This document shows positions 53,141-61,994 of a stretch of 64,000 nucleotides of DNA, one piece after another. The translations under genes were made by a program, and so were the position numbers. Numbering within the stretch: the first letter of the stretch is position 1; each line of letters opens with the position of its first letter. Source of the stretch: an uncultured Gemmatimonadales bacterium (GTDB lineage Bacteria; Gemmatimonadota; Gemmatimonadetes; Gemmatimonadales; Gemmatimonadaceae); the NCBI GenBank assembly GCA_963701965.1, contig OY969695.1:4864001-4928000 (forward strand), in the 5' to 3' direction. The notes under the pieces are model-generated. The model had not been told where the DNA came from and did not search any database. It was given only the letters and a program-made list of their open reading frames with translations.

Positions 53141-54579
53141 CGGGCGGCCTCCTCGTTCGGTATGAAGCCCAGCTCGAAATCGGTGCGCCACCGTTGCTTC
53201 GGATCGCTCCGGTCGTAGAGCATCGCGCCGTCCACCCACACCTTCTCGGCGTGGGCGTACACGCTGAACGGACTGCCGGACCACAGGACTACGTCGGCGT
53301 TCTTGTTCGGCTCGATCGATCCGATCCGGTCGTCGAGCGCCAGCGCCCAGGCCGGATTGATCGTCAGCCACTTGATCGCCTCATCTTCGCTGATCGCAAT
53401 GCCGACTGCGGCGCCGGCGGCCAGGCCCTTCGCGGCTTCCTGGTTCAACCGCTGGTCGCCCAACGGATCGTCGGAGTGGACGATCACCCGCGCGCCAGCC
53501 TGATGGATCAGCGCCATGTTGCCGCGCACGGCGTCGAGTGCCTCCATCTTGTACATCCCCCAGTCGGCCCAGACCGCGGCACCGATGTCATCCTTCTTCA
53601 GAAGATCGGCGATCTTGTAGGCCTCTACCGCGTGGTGGAACGCGCGAATCTTGTAGCCGAACTCGTGGGCGATGTCGATCATCTGCGCCATCTCGTCAGC
53701 GCGATAGCAATGGTTGTGGACCAGGATGTTGCCACGGAGCACCTCGGCCAGCGTCTCGAGGCCGAGGTCGCGCGACGGGGGATCGCCTTTGTGATCGGCG
53801 TTCCACTTGTCCCATTTCCGCCGATAGTCCTCGGCCGCGATCCACGCCTTGCGATAGCCGGCCACGTTCCCCATACGGGTCGACGGACCACGCTGCGCGT
53901 ACGTGCGCTTGGGATTCTCACCACAGGCCATCTTGAGCCCGTACTTGGCGCCGGGAAATTTCATCTCCTGGACGGTGCGGCCGGGCACGACCTTGAGCAC
54001 CACGCTGCGTCCGCCAATGAGGTTCGCGGAGCCGGGGAGGACTTGGATGGTGGTGACGCCGCCCGCCATGCTGCGCGGGAACTGGGGATCTTGCGGCCAG
54101 ACCGAATGTTCGGCCCACACATACGGCGTCGAGGGGTCCGTCGCCTCGTTCCCGTCGCTGAGCGCATCCCCGCCGGGCGCCGCGTAGTCGCCCATGTGCG
54201 AGTGGATGTCGATAATCCCGGGCGTGACGTATTTGCCGGTGCCGTCGACCACAACGGCGTCCGACGGCGCGTCGACCGTCGCACCCACCGCTACGATCTT
54301 GCCATCGCGCAGCAGCACCGAGCCGTCTCGAATCGTCGGGCCGGCGGCCGTCAGAATCGTCGCGTGGCGAATGACCGTTGGTCGCGACGGAAACGGCTTG
54401 TAGGTGCTGGGGAACGGGTCGGCGTTGGGCGTGGAGAGGGCACCGGCGCCGTACGTGGCGGGGGCCGTGGAATCCGCCTTGGGAGCTTGGGCCGGTGCGG
54501 GCCCCAATGTCACCTTGACGGCAGCCGGAGTGCAGCCAACGGCGACCGCCGTCCAAACGAGTACGCGGTAGATACGCAT
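53137..54579 (-). CDS. Amidohydrolase-family lipoprotein
   Basis: Lipobox VGC; TPGIIDIHSHMG, KMACGENPK, HNHCY, HHAVE, HSDD and GSIEPNKNAD motifs. Confidence 0.9.
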   Translation of the reverse strand: MRIYRVLVWTAVAVGCTPAAVKVTLGPAPAQAPKADSTAPATYGAGALSTPNADPFPSTYKPFPSRPTVIRHATILTAAGPTIRDGSVLLRDGKIVAVGATVDAPSDAVVVDGTGKYVTPGIIDIHSHMGDYAAPGGDALSDGNEATDPSTPYVWAEHSVWPQDPQFPRSMAGGVTTIQVLPGSANLIGGRSVVLKVVPGRTVQEMKFPGAKYGLKMACGENPKRTYAQRGPSTRMGNVAGYRKAWIAAEDYRRKWDKWNADHKGDPPSRDLGLETLAEVLRGNILVHNHCYRADEMAQMIDIAHEFGYKIRAFHHAVEAYKIADLLKKDDIGAAVWADWGMYKMEALDAVRGNMALIHQAGARVIVHSDDPLGDQRLNQEAAKGLAAGAAVGIAISEDEAIKWLTINPAWALALDDRIGSIEPNKNADVVLWSGSPFSVYAHAEKVWVDGAMLYDRSDPKQRWRTDFELGFIPNEEAAR

Positions 54580-54590
54580 GGGCGGCAATA

Positions 54591-55274
54591 CTACCGCCGC
54601 TCACCCTCGGCAGCTAGGGTAGTCGCGACGTCGGAACAGATGCCGTCGACGCCCATCGCGTCGAGCGCGCGGACTTGGGCGGGCGCATTGACGGTCCACG
54701 CGATGACCCGGCCGCCGGCATCATGCACGCGATCCACCAGCGTCTGGTCGATGAATTCCCACGACTGCCAGTAGTCGCGGGCGCCCGCGGCGCGCAGGGC
54801 GGCGACGGGATCGATGAGATAGCTGTCCAGCAGAATGCCGGTTGGGAGTTGGGGCCGGAGTGCCGTGACGCGCGCCGCGACGCGGTGGTCAAACGCATGG
54901 ACGGCCGTAGGAACCGGCGACCGGTCCAACACGTCGACGACCGCCGCCTCGATAGGGCGACCCGCGATACCACGACCCTTGACCTCGACATACACTACGG
55001 TCGCAAACGGCGCGACGCATTCGAGGACTTCCGCCAGCGTCGGGATCACGACGTCCGGCGCCAGCGGATACCGGAGCAGTTCGGCGGCGTCGAGGGTATT
55101 GATCGGAGTCCCATCGCGAACCGTGGGGTCGTGGTGTACGACAATGACCCCGTCGCGCGTCTGGTGGACATCCAACTCAATGCCGCCAGCGCCCAGCCGG
55201 GCCGCGAGCGCGAACCCGGGAAGGGAATTCTCAGGATGCTGCCGAGGGGCGCCCCGATGTCCAATGATCTCCAT
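54591..55274 (-). CDS. Glycerophosphodiester phosphodiesterase
   Basis: IIGHRGA, PENSL, IELDVH, VVHHD, IPTLAEVL, AWTVN and GVDGICSD motifs. Confidence 0.93.
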   Translation of the reverse strand: MEIIGHRGAPRQHPENSLPGFALAARLGAGGIELDVHQTRDGVIVVHHDPTVRDGTPINTLDAAELLRYPLAPDVVIPTLAEVLECVAPFATVVYVEVKGRGIAGRPIEAAVVDVLDRSPVPTAVHAFDHRVAARVTALRPQLPTGILLDSYLIDPVAALRAAGARDYWQSWEFIDQTLVDRVHDAGGRVIAWTVNAPAQVRALDAMGVDGICSDVATTLAAEGERR

Positions 55275-55301
55275 GCGGCACGAGAACCTTAACGTCGGCC
55301 C

Positions 55302-55880
55302 ATGACCGGCGTCAGACCCTTGGGAGGCGATCGGGACGCCGAGGACGCCATCGACCGGGCATTGATCGCCCGGTGGCTCGGCGGCGACCACGGGGCCGCC
55401 ACCGCGCTGGTCGAGCGGCACTCGGCGGCCCTGGCGCGGTTCGCGGCGGCGTCTTCCGCGGCGGACCGGTCGGAGGTGGACGAGCTGGTGCAGGACACGT
55501 TCGTGCGGGCGTTCAACTCCTTGGACACGTTTCGGGGCGAGAGCTCGCTGCGCACGTGGCTGTTCACGATCGAACGGCGACTGATGCTCGATCGCCGGCG
55601 GGCCGAACGGCGGCGACCCGAGCGCGTGGCGGTGGCTGAAGGCGACGCGGCGACCGAGTATACGGCGTTGGATGGGATGGTGGCGGAGGAGATGCAGGAC
55701 CAGGTCCGGGCGGCGGTCGATCGGCTCACGCCGTTGCAGCGCGAGGTGTTCACCCTTCGGGTGACCGAGGGCTTGTCGTACAAGGCCATTGCCGACATCG
55801 TCGGCTCGACGGAAGGCTCGGCGCGCGTGCATTATCACAATGCGATGCGCGCCGTGAAGGAATCCTTGGGGGCGTTATGA
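55302..55880 (+). CDS. ECF RNA polymerase sigma factor
   Basis: Region 2 ELVQDTFVRAF...FRGESSLRTWLFTI; region 4 QREVFTLR...GLSYKAIA. Confidence 0.92.
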   Translation: MTGVRPLGGDRDAEDAIDRALIARWLGGDHGAATALVERHSAALARFAAASSAADRSEVDELVQDTFVRAFNSLDTFRGESSLRTWLFTIERRLMLDRRRAERRRPERVAVAEGDAATEYTALDGMVAEEMQDQVRAAVDRLTPLQREVFTLRVTEGLSYKAIADIVGSTEGSARVHYHNAMRAVKESLGAL

Positions 55881-56467
55881 GTGAGTGCGCCGACACGGAA
55901 ATGACGGATGTGTTGCCCGAGTTCGTGCGGGGCCGGTTGACCGGCGCCGAGCGCGAGCGCGTCGCGGCGCACATTGCCGCGTGCCCGTCTTGCGCGGCGG
56001 AAGCGGCGATCCTGGGCGCCGCGCAGCGGGCGTTCGCGGCGGCGACGCCGGCGGTCGACGTGGCGCGCATCGTCGGCGCGCTACCCGCGCCGCCGGCGCT
56101 CGGGCGGCCGGCGCTCGTGAGAGGCCGTCCGGCCCGCCGGCGTTGGCTGGCGGTGCCAACGGCTTCATGGCGCATTGCCGCCACGGTCGGCACCCTCGCC
56201 TTGGGGGCGGTGTCGATCGGCGTCGTGCAGTCGCTCATGCGCGGCGGGCAGTCGGAGAGTGCGGCGGTCGTGGCACCGCGCGTTCCCGCCGAAAACGCCG
56301 CCACGGCCGACGAGTCCGCGGGGCTGAGCGCCGGCGGCACGTTCACGGATCTGAGCGAAGACGACATGCGCACGCTGCTCAATGATCTCGATGATATCGA
56401 GGCCATTCCGGCGGCGGAGCCGCAACCGGCGGTGCCGGGTCTGCGCACCGCGACCGCCCCGCAATGA
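55877..56467 (+). CDS. Zinc-binding (zf-HC2/ZAS) membrane anti-sigma factor
   Basis: HIAACPSC (HxxxCxxC), one TM helix, coupled to the ECF gene. Confidence 0.85.
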   Translation: MSECADTEMTDVLPEFVRGRLTGAERERVAAHIAACPSCAAEAAILGAAQRAFAAATPAVDVARIVGALPAPPALGRPALVRGRPARRRWLAVPTASWRIAATVGTLALGAVSIGVVQSLMRGGQSESAAVVAPRVPAENAATADESAGLSAGGTFTDLSEDDMRTLLNDLDDIEAIPAAEPQPAVPGLRTATAPQ

Positions 56468-56985
56468 TCCGACGGCGCGGCTGGGCGTTGTTGGGCGCCA
56501 TCCTGCTCGCGGGGGGACCGGCGCACGCCCAGCAGGATTCGGCGCCGCTGGCCGGTAATCGTCAGAACCTGGTGCGGGAGCTCAGGCAGCGCTGGCAGCG
56601 CGTCGTCGTCCAGCGGCTGGGGCTGACCGACCTTCAGGCCCGGCGACTCCAGGAGACGAACCGGCATTTTGCCGCGCAGCGGCAGGCGCTCAATCAAGCG
56701 GAGCGGGGGGTGCGCGGCGAAATGCGGGCGCAACTCACGGGAGCGCAGCCGGCCGACGACAAGCGTCTGGCGACGCTCCTCGATTCGCTCCTCGACATCC
56801 AACGGCAGCGCGTCGTGCTGACGCAGGATGAGCAGCGGGAGCTGGCGCTCTACCTGACGCCGCTGCAGCGCGTGCGCTTCCTCGCGCTGCAGGAGCAACT
56901 CCGACTACGCGTCGAGGGCCTGCGCCAGGCGGCGAAGGGACGCGCGGATCAGCCCGTCGGCGCCGACAGCTTGTCGCCGTACTGA
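56464..56985 (+). CDS. Periplasmic Spy/CpxP-like helical protein
   Basis: Signal peptide ending AHA; LGLTDLQ and YLTPLQR (LTxxQ motifs). Confidence 0.75.
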   Translation: MIRRRGWALLGAILLAGGPAHAQQDSAPLAGNRQNLVRELRQRWQRVVVQRLGLTDLQARRLQETNRHFAAQRQALNQAERGVRGEMRAQLTGAQPADDKRLATLLDSLLDIQRQRVVLTQDEQRELALYLTPLQRVRFLALQEQLRLRVEGLRQAAKGRADQPVGADSLSPY

Positions 56986-58523
56986 CGCCGGTAATCCCGG
57001 AGTCGGTCGAGCAGCGCGGCGATGGCGTCGGGCACCGGTCGCGCCGGCACCGGGATCGCCGTCACTTCGCCCCGCAGGCCCGCTTCCGCCTTGGGGAGGT
57101 AGTCGGTCAACCCGTGGGCGTGTGACAAGATCTCGAGGACCCGATACGCCAGCGAGGTCGGCGCCTCGTGTCGCAGTTGCCGGTACCCCTCGGCCAGTCG
57201 GAGATAAAACTCGGCCTTCGTCCGCGTCGGGAGCGTCGTGGCTTCCATGGTCCGGCGCCACTCCTCGAACGACGCTTCGTCGCCCTCGTCACCTGCCAGC
57301 TGGAGCAGGTTGATGCCCGCCATCGCCTTGGCCGGCGCCAGCTGGGCGGAGGCGTACAACAGGTGGAACGCGTCGCGGGCGCCGCTCCGCACGCCGAGCG
57401 ACGCCAGGGCGATCCCCAGGTCGCTGAGCGCCCGCTCCCGCCAGGCCGGATCGCTATACCGTTCGAAGGCGTCGAAGAGATAGCGCGCTGCGTCCTCGAA
57501 TTGCCCATTGTGGATGGCGACGCATCCCCGATCGTGGTTGGCACGGGCGAACATTTCCACATGTGGGGTGGATTGCGCGTCGGCAATCACGGCGTCGAGT
57601 AGCGTCGTGGCCCGCGCGTAGTCCTCCAGATGGATCGCGAGGCCCGCCTGGGCGGTCCGGATGCGGAGCGCACCGGCCACATCGCCGAGGGCGTTGGCGA
57701 CATCGAGGCCCCGGATGTAGATGGCCTCGGCTTCGGTCGTCAGCGCGAGCTGGATGAGGCACCAACCCAGCCGCACATACACGAGCGGAATGCCATCGCC
57801 ACATTCGGGGACGTCGGCGCGATCGAGCGCGGTCTCGTACACGTCGACCGCGAGCGGCCACTCGCGAATGTCCTCCAGCAAGAGGCCGTAGGCGAACAGG
57901 AGCTTGGGGATGGACGCGACGTCGGCGTCGGAGAACGTGCGCAAGGAGTCCGTGAGGGAGATGAGGACTTCGTGCATGCGGTCGTCGTCGACATCCTCGA
58001 TCGCGCGCCGGACGAGCGCGAACTCTTTGAAGGTCGGCTCGCGGCCGGTGACCTGGCGTGTCGCCCAGCGATCGACCAATCGCAGGGTGAGGAGCCCCGC
58101 GGTGAACGCGCGCCAGGCCGGCGCGCTATCGTCGGTAATCTCGGCCACGCGGCGAAAGAAGGCGCTATGGGCCAGAGCCGTTGACGACGGCATCCCGGAC
58201 GCCGGCCCGTCCGCGGGTTTCGGCGGGGGCGTCACATCCGCCGGACCCGTCGCGGACGGCGCGTCGGGCTCCGCGGGCCCTTCCGGTTCGACGACCGGCT
58301 CCCAGTAGAACTCGAGCTTGTGATTGCCGTCTTGGTCGCGAAGCACGCGGGTTTCGCGAGTGTAACCGTTGCAACACTTGTCTGCGTCGTCGGCGGAGAC
58401 CCACGAGTGATGCAGTGGGCCGCGACACGTATAGACGCCCGGCGGAGGGGAAGCCTCTTCCACGAAGGAAGCCCAGGGCAAAGAGTGAATCGTCGGCCCG
58501 CGGCGCGATCGCCGGACGGGCAA
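56949..58523 (-). CDS. TPR-like repeat protein with small Cys/His-containing N-terminal domain
   Basis: Helical repeats (AYGLLLE...LAVDVYE, RLGWC...AEAIY, HDRGCVAIHNGQFEDAARY, SDLGIALASLG); Pro-rich linker; TTG start uncertain. Confidence 0.7.
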   Translation of the reverse strand: MPVRRSRRGPTIHSLPWASFVEEASPPPGVYTCRGPLHHSWVSADDADKCCNGYTRETRVLRDQDGNHKLEFYWEPVVEPEGPAEPDAPSATGPADVTPPPKPADGPASGMPSSTALAHSAFFRRVAEITDDSAPAWRAFTAGLLTLRLVDRWATRQVTGREPTFKEFALVRRAIEDVDDDRMHEVLISLTDSLRTFSDADVASIPKLLFAYGLLLEDIREWPLAVDVYETALDRADVPECGDGIPLVYVRLGWCLIQLALTTEAEAIYIRGLDVANALGDVAGALRIRTAQAGLAIHLEDYARATTLLDAVIADAQSTPHVEMFARANHDRGCVAIHNGQFEDAARYLFDAFERYSDPAWRERALSDLGIALASLGVRSGARDAFHLLYASAQLAPAKAMAGINLLQLAGDEGDEASFEEWRRTMEATTLPTRTKAEFYLRLAEGYRQLRHEAPTSLAYRVLEILSHAHGLTDYLPKAEAGLRGEVTAIPVPARPVPDAIAALLDRLRDYRRQYGDKLSAPTG

Positions 58524-58572
58524 TTGCCCTCAACTTATTTTGTTTTCTGGCGGAGACCAGAGCGAAGATGCA

Positions 58573-59361
58573 TCAGTGCAGCGCGACTTGCGCCAGGGCG
58601 AATGTGGCACCTTGCAGATCTGATAGGATGGCGAAACGGCCCAGGTCCTCGATGGCGGTCGGCGGCATATACGTTGCGGCGCCCAGGCGCGCCGCTTGCG
58701 CGGCCGACGCGTCGCAATCGGCGACCGCGAAGTACGGGAGCCAGTACGCGGGCTGATGCGGATCTCGGTACGAGACGGGGGGAATTCCACCGATGAACTC
58801 CGCTCCGTTCCGGATGTGGAGATACTGGTGGGCGGGCTCCTCATCGCCCGGCTCAATGTGCCATCCCAGGAGCTCGGTGTAGAACCGCGCGGCGCGCTCC
58901 GGATCGTTCGTCGAGAGATCGGCCCAACACAGGGTCCCATCGATGCCCGTCACGCCAAATCCGCTGCGTTGACGCGCTTGCCACATCGCAAGGGTCGCGC
59001 CCGTCGGATCCTGGATCACGCTCATGCGGCCGATGTCCATGACATCGAACGGGGGCGCGACGACCGCGCCACCGAGCGCCGGCACGCGCGCGGCGGCCGC
59101 ATCGATCTGATCCGTGGCGATGTAAGCCAGCCAATGGGGCGGCACGCCTTGGACGCGCTGTTCCGGTCGCATCGTGCAGATGGCGCCGACGTCGCGGCCC
59201 GAGAGGCGGCACATGGTGTATACGTCGCCGGGAGCCATGGGGACGTCCTCGTACGACCAGCCGAACAGGGTCGCATAGAACGCCTTGCCCGCGGACTGAT
59301 CGGTCGTCGCCAGCTCCAACCAATTGAAGGCGCCGTTCGGGACGCGCTCGATCGTCGACAT
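58573..59361 (-). CDS. VOC/glyoxalase family protein (two-domain)
   Basis: FNWLELAT...FYATLFGW, WLAYI, DPTGA; second copy WADLST...FYTELLGW, WLPYFAV, DLQGA. Confidence 0.92.
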   Translation of the reverse strand: MSTIERVPNGAFNWLELATTDQSAGKAFYATLFGWSYEDVPMAPGDVYTMCRLSGRDVGAICTMRPEQRVQGVPPHWLAYIATDQIDAAAARVPALGGAVVAPPFDVMDIGRMSVIQDPTGATLAMWQARQRSGFGVTGIDGTLCWADLSTNDPERAARFYTELLGWHIEPGDEEPAHQYLHIRNGAEFIGGIPPVSYRDPHQPAYWLPYFAVADCDASAAQAARLGAATYMPPTAIEDLGRFAILSDLQGATFALAQVALH

Positions 59362-59379
59362 GGCGGGAATGGTGAGGGG

Positions 59380-60295
59380 TTAGGCGACCGCGGCGGCGGG
59401 CGCGGCCAGTGCCGCGTGGAGGACGCGCCGCACGTGCTCCTGATTGGCGACGGTCAATGCTTCGAGCGGTGGCCGCACCGGTCCTCCGACGAGGCCCACG
59501 GCGTCCAAGCCGGCCTTGACCCCGGGCACGCCCAAGGCGCCGACGATATCGCGGGCCACGGGCATCAGCCGCTCCTGGGCGGCGCGGGCCTCCTCGGTCC
59601 GGCCCGCGAGCGCCGCGGCCCACAGCGTTTCGACGAGGGCGGGCACGAGGAGCGCGACTCCCAGCACACCGCCGCGTACGCCGGATGCCAGCGCTTGCGC
59701 CAGCGTGCCGCCGTGTCCCGTCAGCACGGCGAACGTCGGCGACTGGGCCGCGAGATAGCCGGCCAGCAATGTTGGATCGCCGCCGGAGTCCTTGATGCCG
59801 ATGATGCGCGGGTGTCCGGCGAGCGTCTGCACGACGGGGGCGGGGATCGCGTAGTGCATGTACTTGGGAATGCTGTACAGTACGACCGGCGGCCCGTTGG
59901 CGTCGGCGACGGCGCGGTAATGATCCACCAGCGCCTCGGCCGTCCGGCTCTCGGGATAATAGTGGGGCCCGACCACCATGACAGCGTCGACGCCGATACG
60001 GGCCGCATCGACCGACCGCCGGATCGTCTGCCGCGTCGACTCGGCCCCAATGCCGGCGATCAGCCACCGGTCACGCGGCACTATCTCCCGCGCCGCAGTC
60101 AGCAGCGCCAAGCGTTCGTCTTCTTCCAGCAAAGCGGCTTCGCCGGTCGATCCGGCGACCACGATCCCGGAGCATCCGGCGGCCAGAATGGGCGCGGACA
60201 TTCGCGCGGAGGACGTCGATCGCCAACGCGCCATCGCGCGGATCAAAGGGCGTGGTGACCGGAGCCAGGAAGCCGGCGAGAGCGGTCGGTGTCAT
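59380..60295 (-). pseudogene. Dihydrodipicolinate synthase (DapA/HOGA) family protein split by a +1 frameshift near 60188 (probably a sequencing error)
   Basis: The N-terminus MTPTALAGFLAPVTTPFD...NVRAH and the remainder LAAGCSGIVVAGSTGE...LYSIP...GIKDS lie in different frames; span is 916 nt (3n+1). Confidence 0.85.
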
Positions 60296-60420
60296 GCCCA
60301 AAGCTATACCTCGAGCTCCATATAATGCACATCGTAGAACTGCCGCGCGCGCGCGTTGCTCGTCGCGACCTGGAGCGCGGGGTGACGAAACCCGACGGGC
60401 GCGGCGGCCGTACGGTCCGC

Positions 60421-61134
60421 ATGCGCGGCTCGGACTTCGTGTTCCGCTATCGCTTCTGGCTTTTCGCGGCGACGTTCTTCGGGGGGTTCGCGCTCTCCGG
60501 GATCGATCACGTGAACGCGACCGTCGCGGTGCTGCACACGATCGCGCCCTCCCTTGACGTCGACACGCCGCGCGGCATGATCGCGTTGCGCGCCGCGTTC
60601 GCGGTTGGCGCGGTGAGCGTCACATTGGCCGCGCTCCTCCGGACGTGGGCCACGGCCTATCTCCACGCGACCGTGGTGCACGATGACCGGCTCCACACCG
60701 AGGCGCTTGTGGCTAGCGGACCCTATCGCTATGTGCGGAACCCGCTGTACCTGGGCGGTCTGCTGCTGGCCGCCGGGCTGGCTCCACTGGCGAGCCGGAC
60801 GGGCGCCCTCGTCATCCTGGCCGGTGTGGTCGCCATCACGTTGGCCTTGATCGACGTCGAGGAGCGCGAGCTGACATCGGCGCAGGGCGCATCCTACGCG
60901 TCGTACCGGCGCGCCGTCCCGCGACTCGTCCCGGCGCTGTCGCCCCGCGTCGCGCCGTCCGGCCTGGCGCCGCACTGGGGCCAGGCGTTTCTCGGCGAGG
61001 GCATGTTCTGGGGGTTCGCCATCGCAATGATCGTGTTCGTGATCACGCTGCAACCCACGTGGACGGCTGTCCTCCTGACCACCGTCCCCATCCTCCATCT
61101 GGCGCTCATGAGCGTCTGGCGCCGGCGCCGGTAA
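60421..61134 (+). CDS. Isoprenylcysteine carboxylmethyltransferase/PEMT-like membrane protein
   Basis: LVASGPYRYVRNPLYLG, EERELT and YASYRRAVPRLVP motifs; alternative start at 60325. Confidence 0.82.
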   Translation: MRGSDFVFRYRFWLFAATFFGGFALSGIDHVNATVAVLHTIAPSLDVDTPRGMIALRAAFAVGAVSVTLAALLRTWATAYLHATVVHDDRLHTEALVASGPYRYVRNPLYLGGLLLAAGLAPLASRTGALVILAGVVAITLALIDVEERELTSAQGASYASYRRAVPRLVPALSPRVAPSGLAPHWGQAFLGEGMFWGFAIAMIVFVITLQPTWTAVLLTTVPILHLALMSVWRRRR

Positions 61135-61176
61135 GTCCGCGCGCGCCGGGAACCGATTCCCGCGCCCTGGCATTTG

Positions 61177-61196
61177 GGTGTATGTACACCTATAAC
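61177..61196 (+). promoter_or_regulatory. Palindromic operator GGTGTA-TG-TACACC adjacent to a -10-like TATAAC
   Basis: Perfect 6-bp inverted repeat in an AT-rich patch, upstream of the AGGAGG RBS of the gene at 61211. Confidence 0.6.
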
Positions 61197-61210
61197 ACAG
61201 GAGGTCGCCT

Positions 61211-61957
61211 ATGATTCCCGTCGTGCCCTGGTACTTCGCGCTCAGCGACGTCGTGGTCAGCATCGTGATTGTCACCGCCGTGTGGAGCATCTTCGCCGTG
61301 GCCGCGGACCGAGCCGTGCGCATCGGGTCCGCGCTCTTCCTCGGCGCCTGGCTCGTCGCCGCTCTCGTGCTCGCGCCGCCCCCATCGTCGCTGTCGGGAG
61401 CGGACCCGTTCGCCGTCAACCCAAGGCTCGGTCTGTTCACGATCGTGCCGGCCACGGTCGTGCTGCTGGCGCTCGCGGTCTCACCGTCGGTGCGGCGCGC
61501 GATCAATACGGTTTCGCTGCCCGCCCTCCACGGCGTGCAGGTCTATCGGATCGCCGGCATGCTGTTCCTGTTCCTGCTCGCCCGGGGGCAAGTGCCGGCG
61601 CACTTCGCGCTGCCCGCCGGCTGGGGCGACATCGCGGTCGGCGTCACCGCGCTCCCGGTGGCGTTCGCGCTCGCCCGCGGCGCCCGAAACAGTCGCGCGC
61701 TGGCGATCGGGTGGAACCTGCTCGGGCTCCTCGATCTGGTCGTCGCCGTCGGCATGGGCACCGGCGTGCTCGCCCCGTTCCTGGCGCCCGAGCTTGGCGC
61801 CCGCGTGCCGGCGGTCGCCGCCATGGGCGTGTTTCCCATGATCTTGATTCCGACGCTGGCGGTGCCGGTGTCGGTGATGCTGCACGCGATCGGCCTGACG
61901 CGTTTGCTGCGCGCGGCCCGCGTGCCGGCGGGTCCGGTCCCGAGACCAGCCACCTAG
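61211..61957 (+). CDS. Hypothetical multi-pass membrane protein
   Basis: Strong RBS; about 7 TM segments; QVYRIAG, FALPAGWGDI, WNLLGLLDL and PMILIPT motifs. Confidence 0.8.
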   Translation: MIPVVPWYFALSDVVVSIVIVTAVWSIFAVAADRAVRIGSALFLGAWLVAALVLAPPPSSLSGADPFAVNPRLGLFTIVPATVVLLALAVSPSVRRAINTVSLPALHGVQVYRIAGMLFLFLLARGQVPAHFALPAGWGDIAVGVTALPVAFALARGARNSRALAIGWNLLGLLDLVVAVGMGTGVLAPFLAPELGARVPAVAAMGVFPMILIPTLAVPVSVMLHAIGLTRLLRAARVPAGPVPRPAT

Positions 61958-61994
61958 CAAACCAACCGCGCCTCTGCGCTGTCTACGAGGGCAT

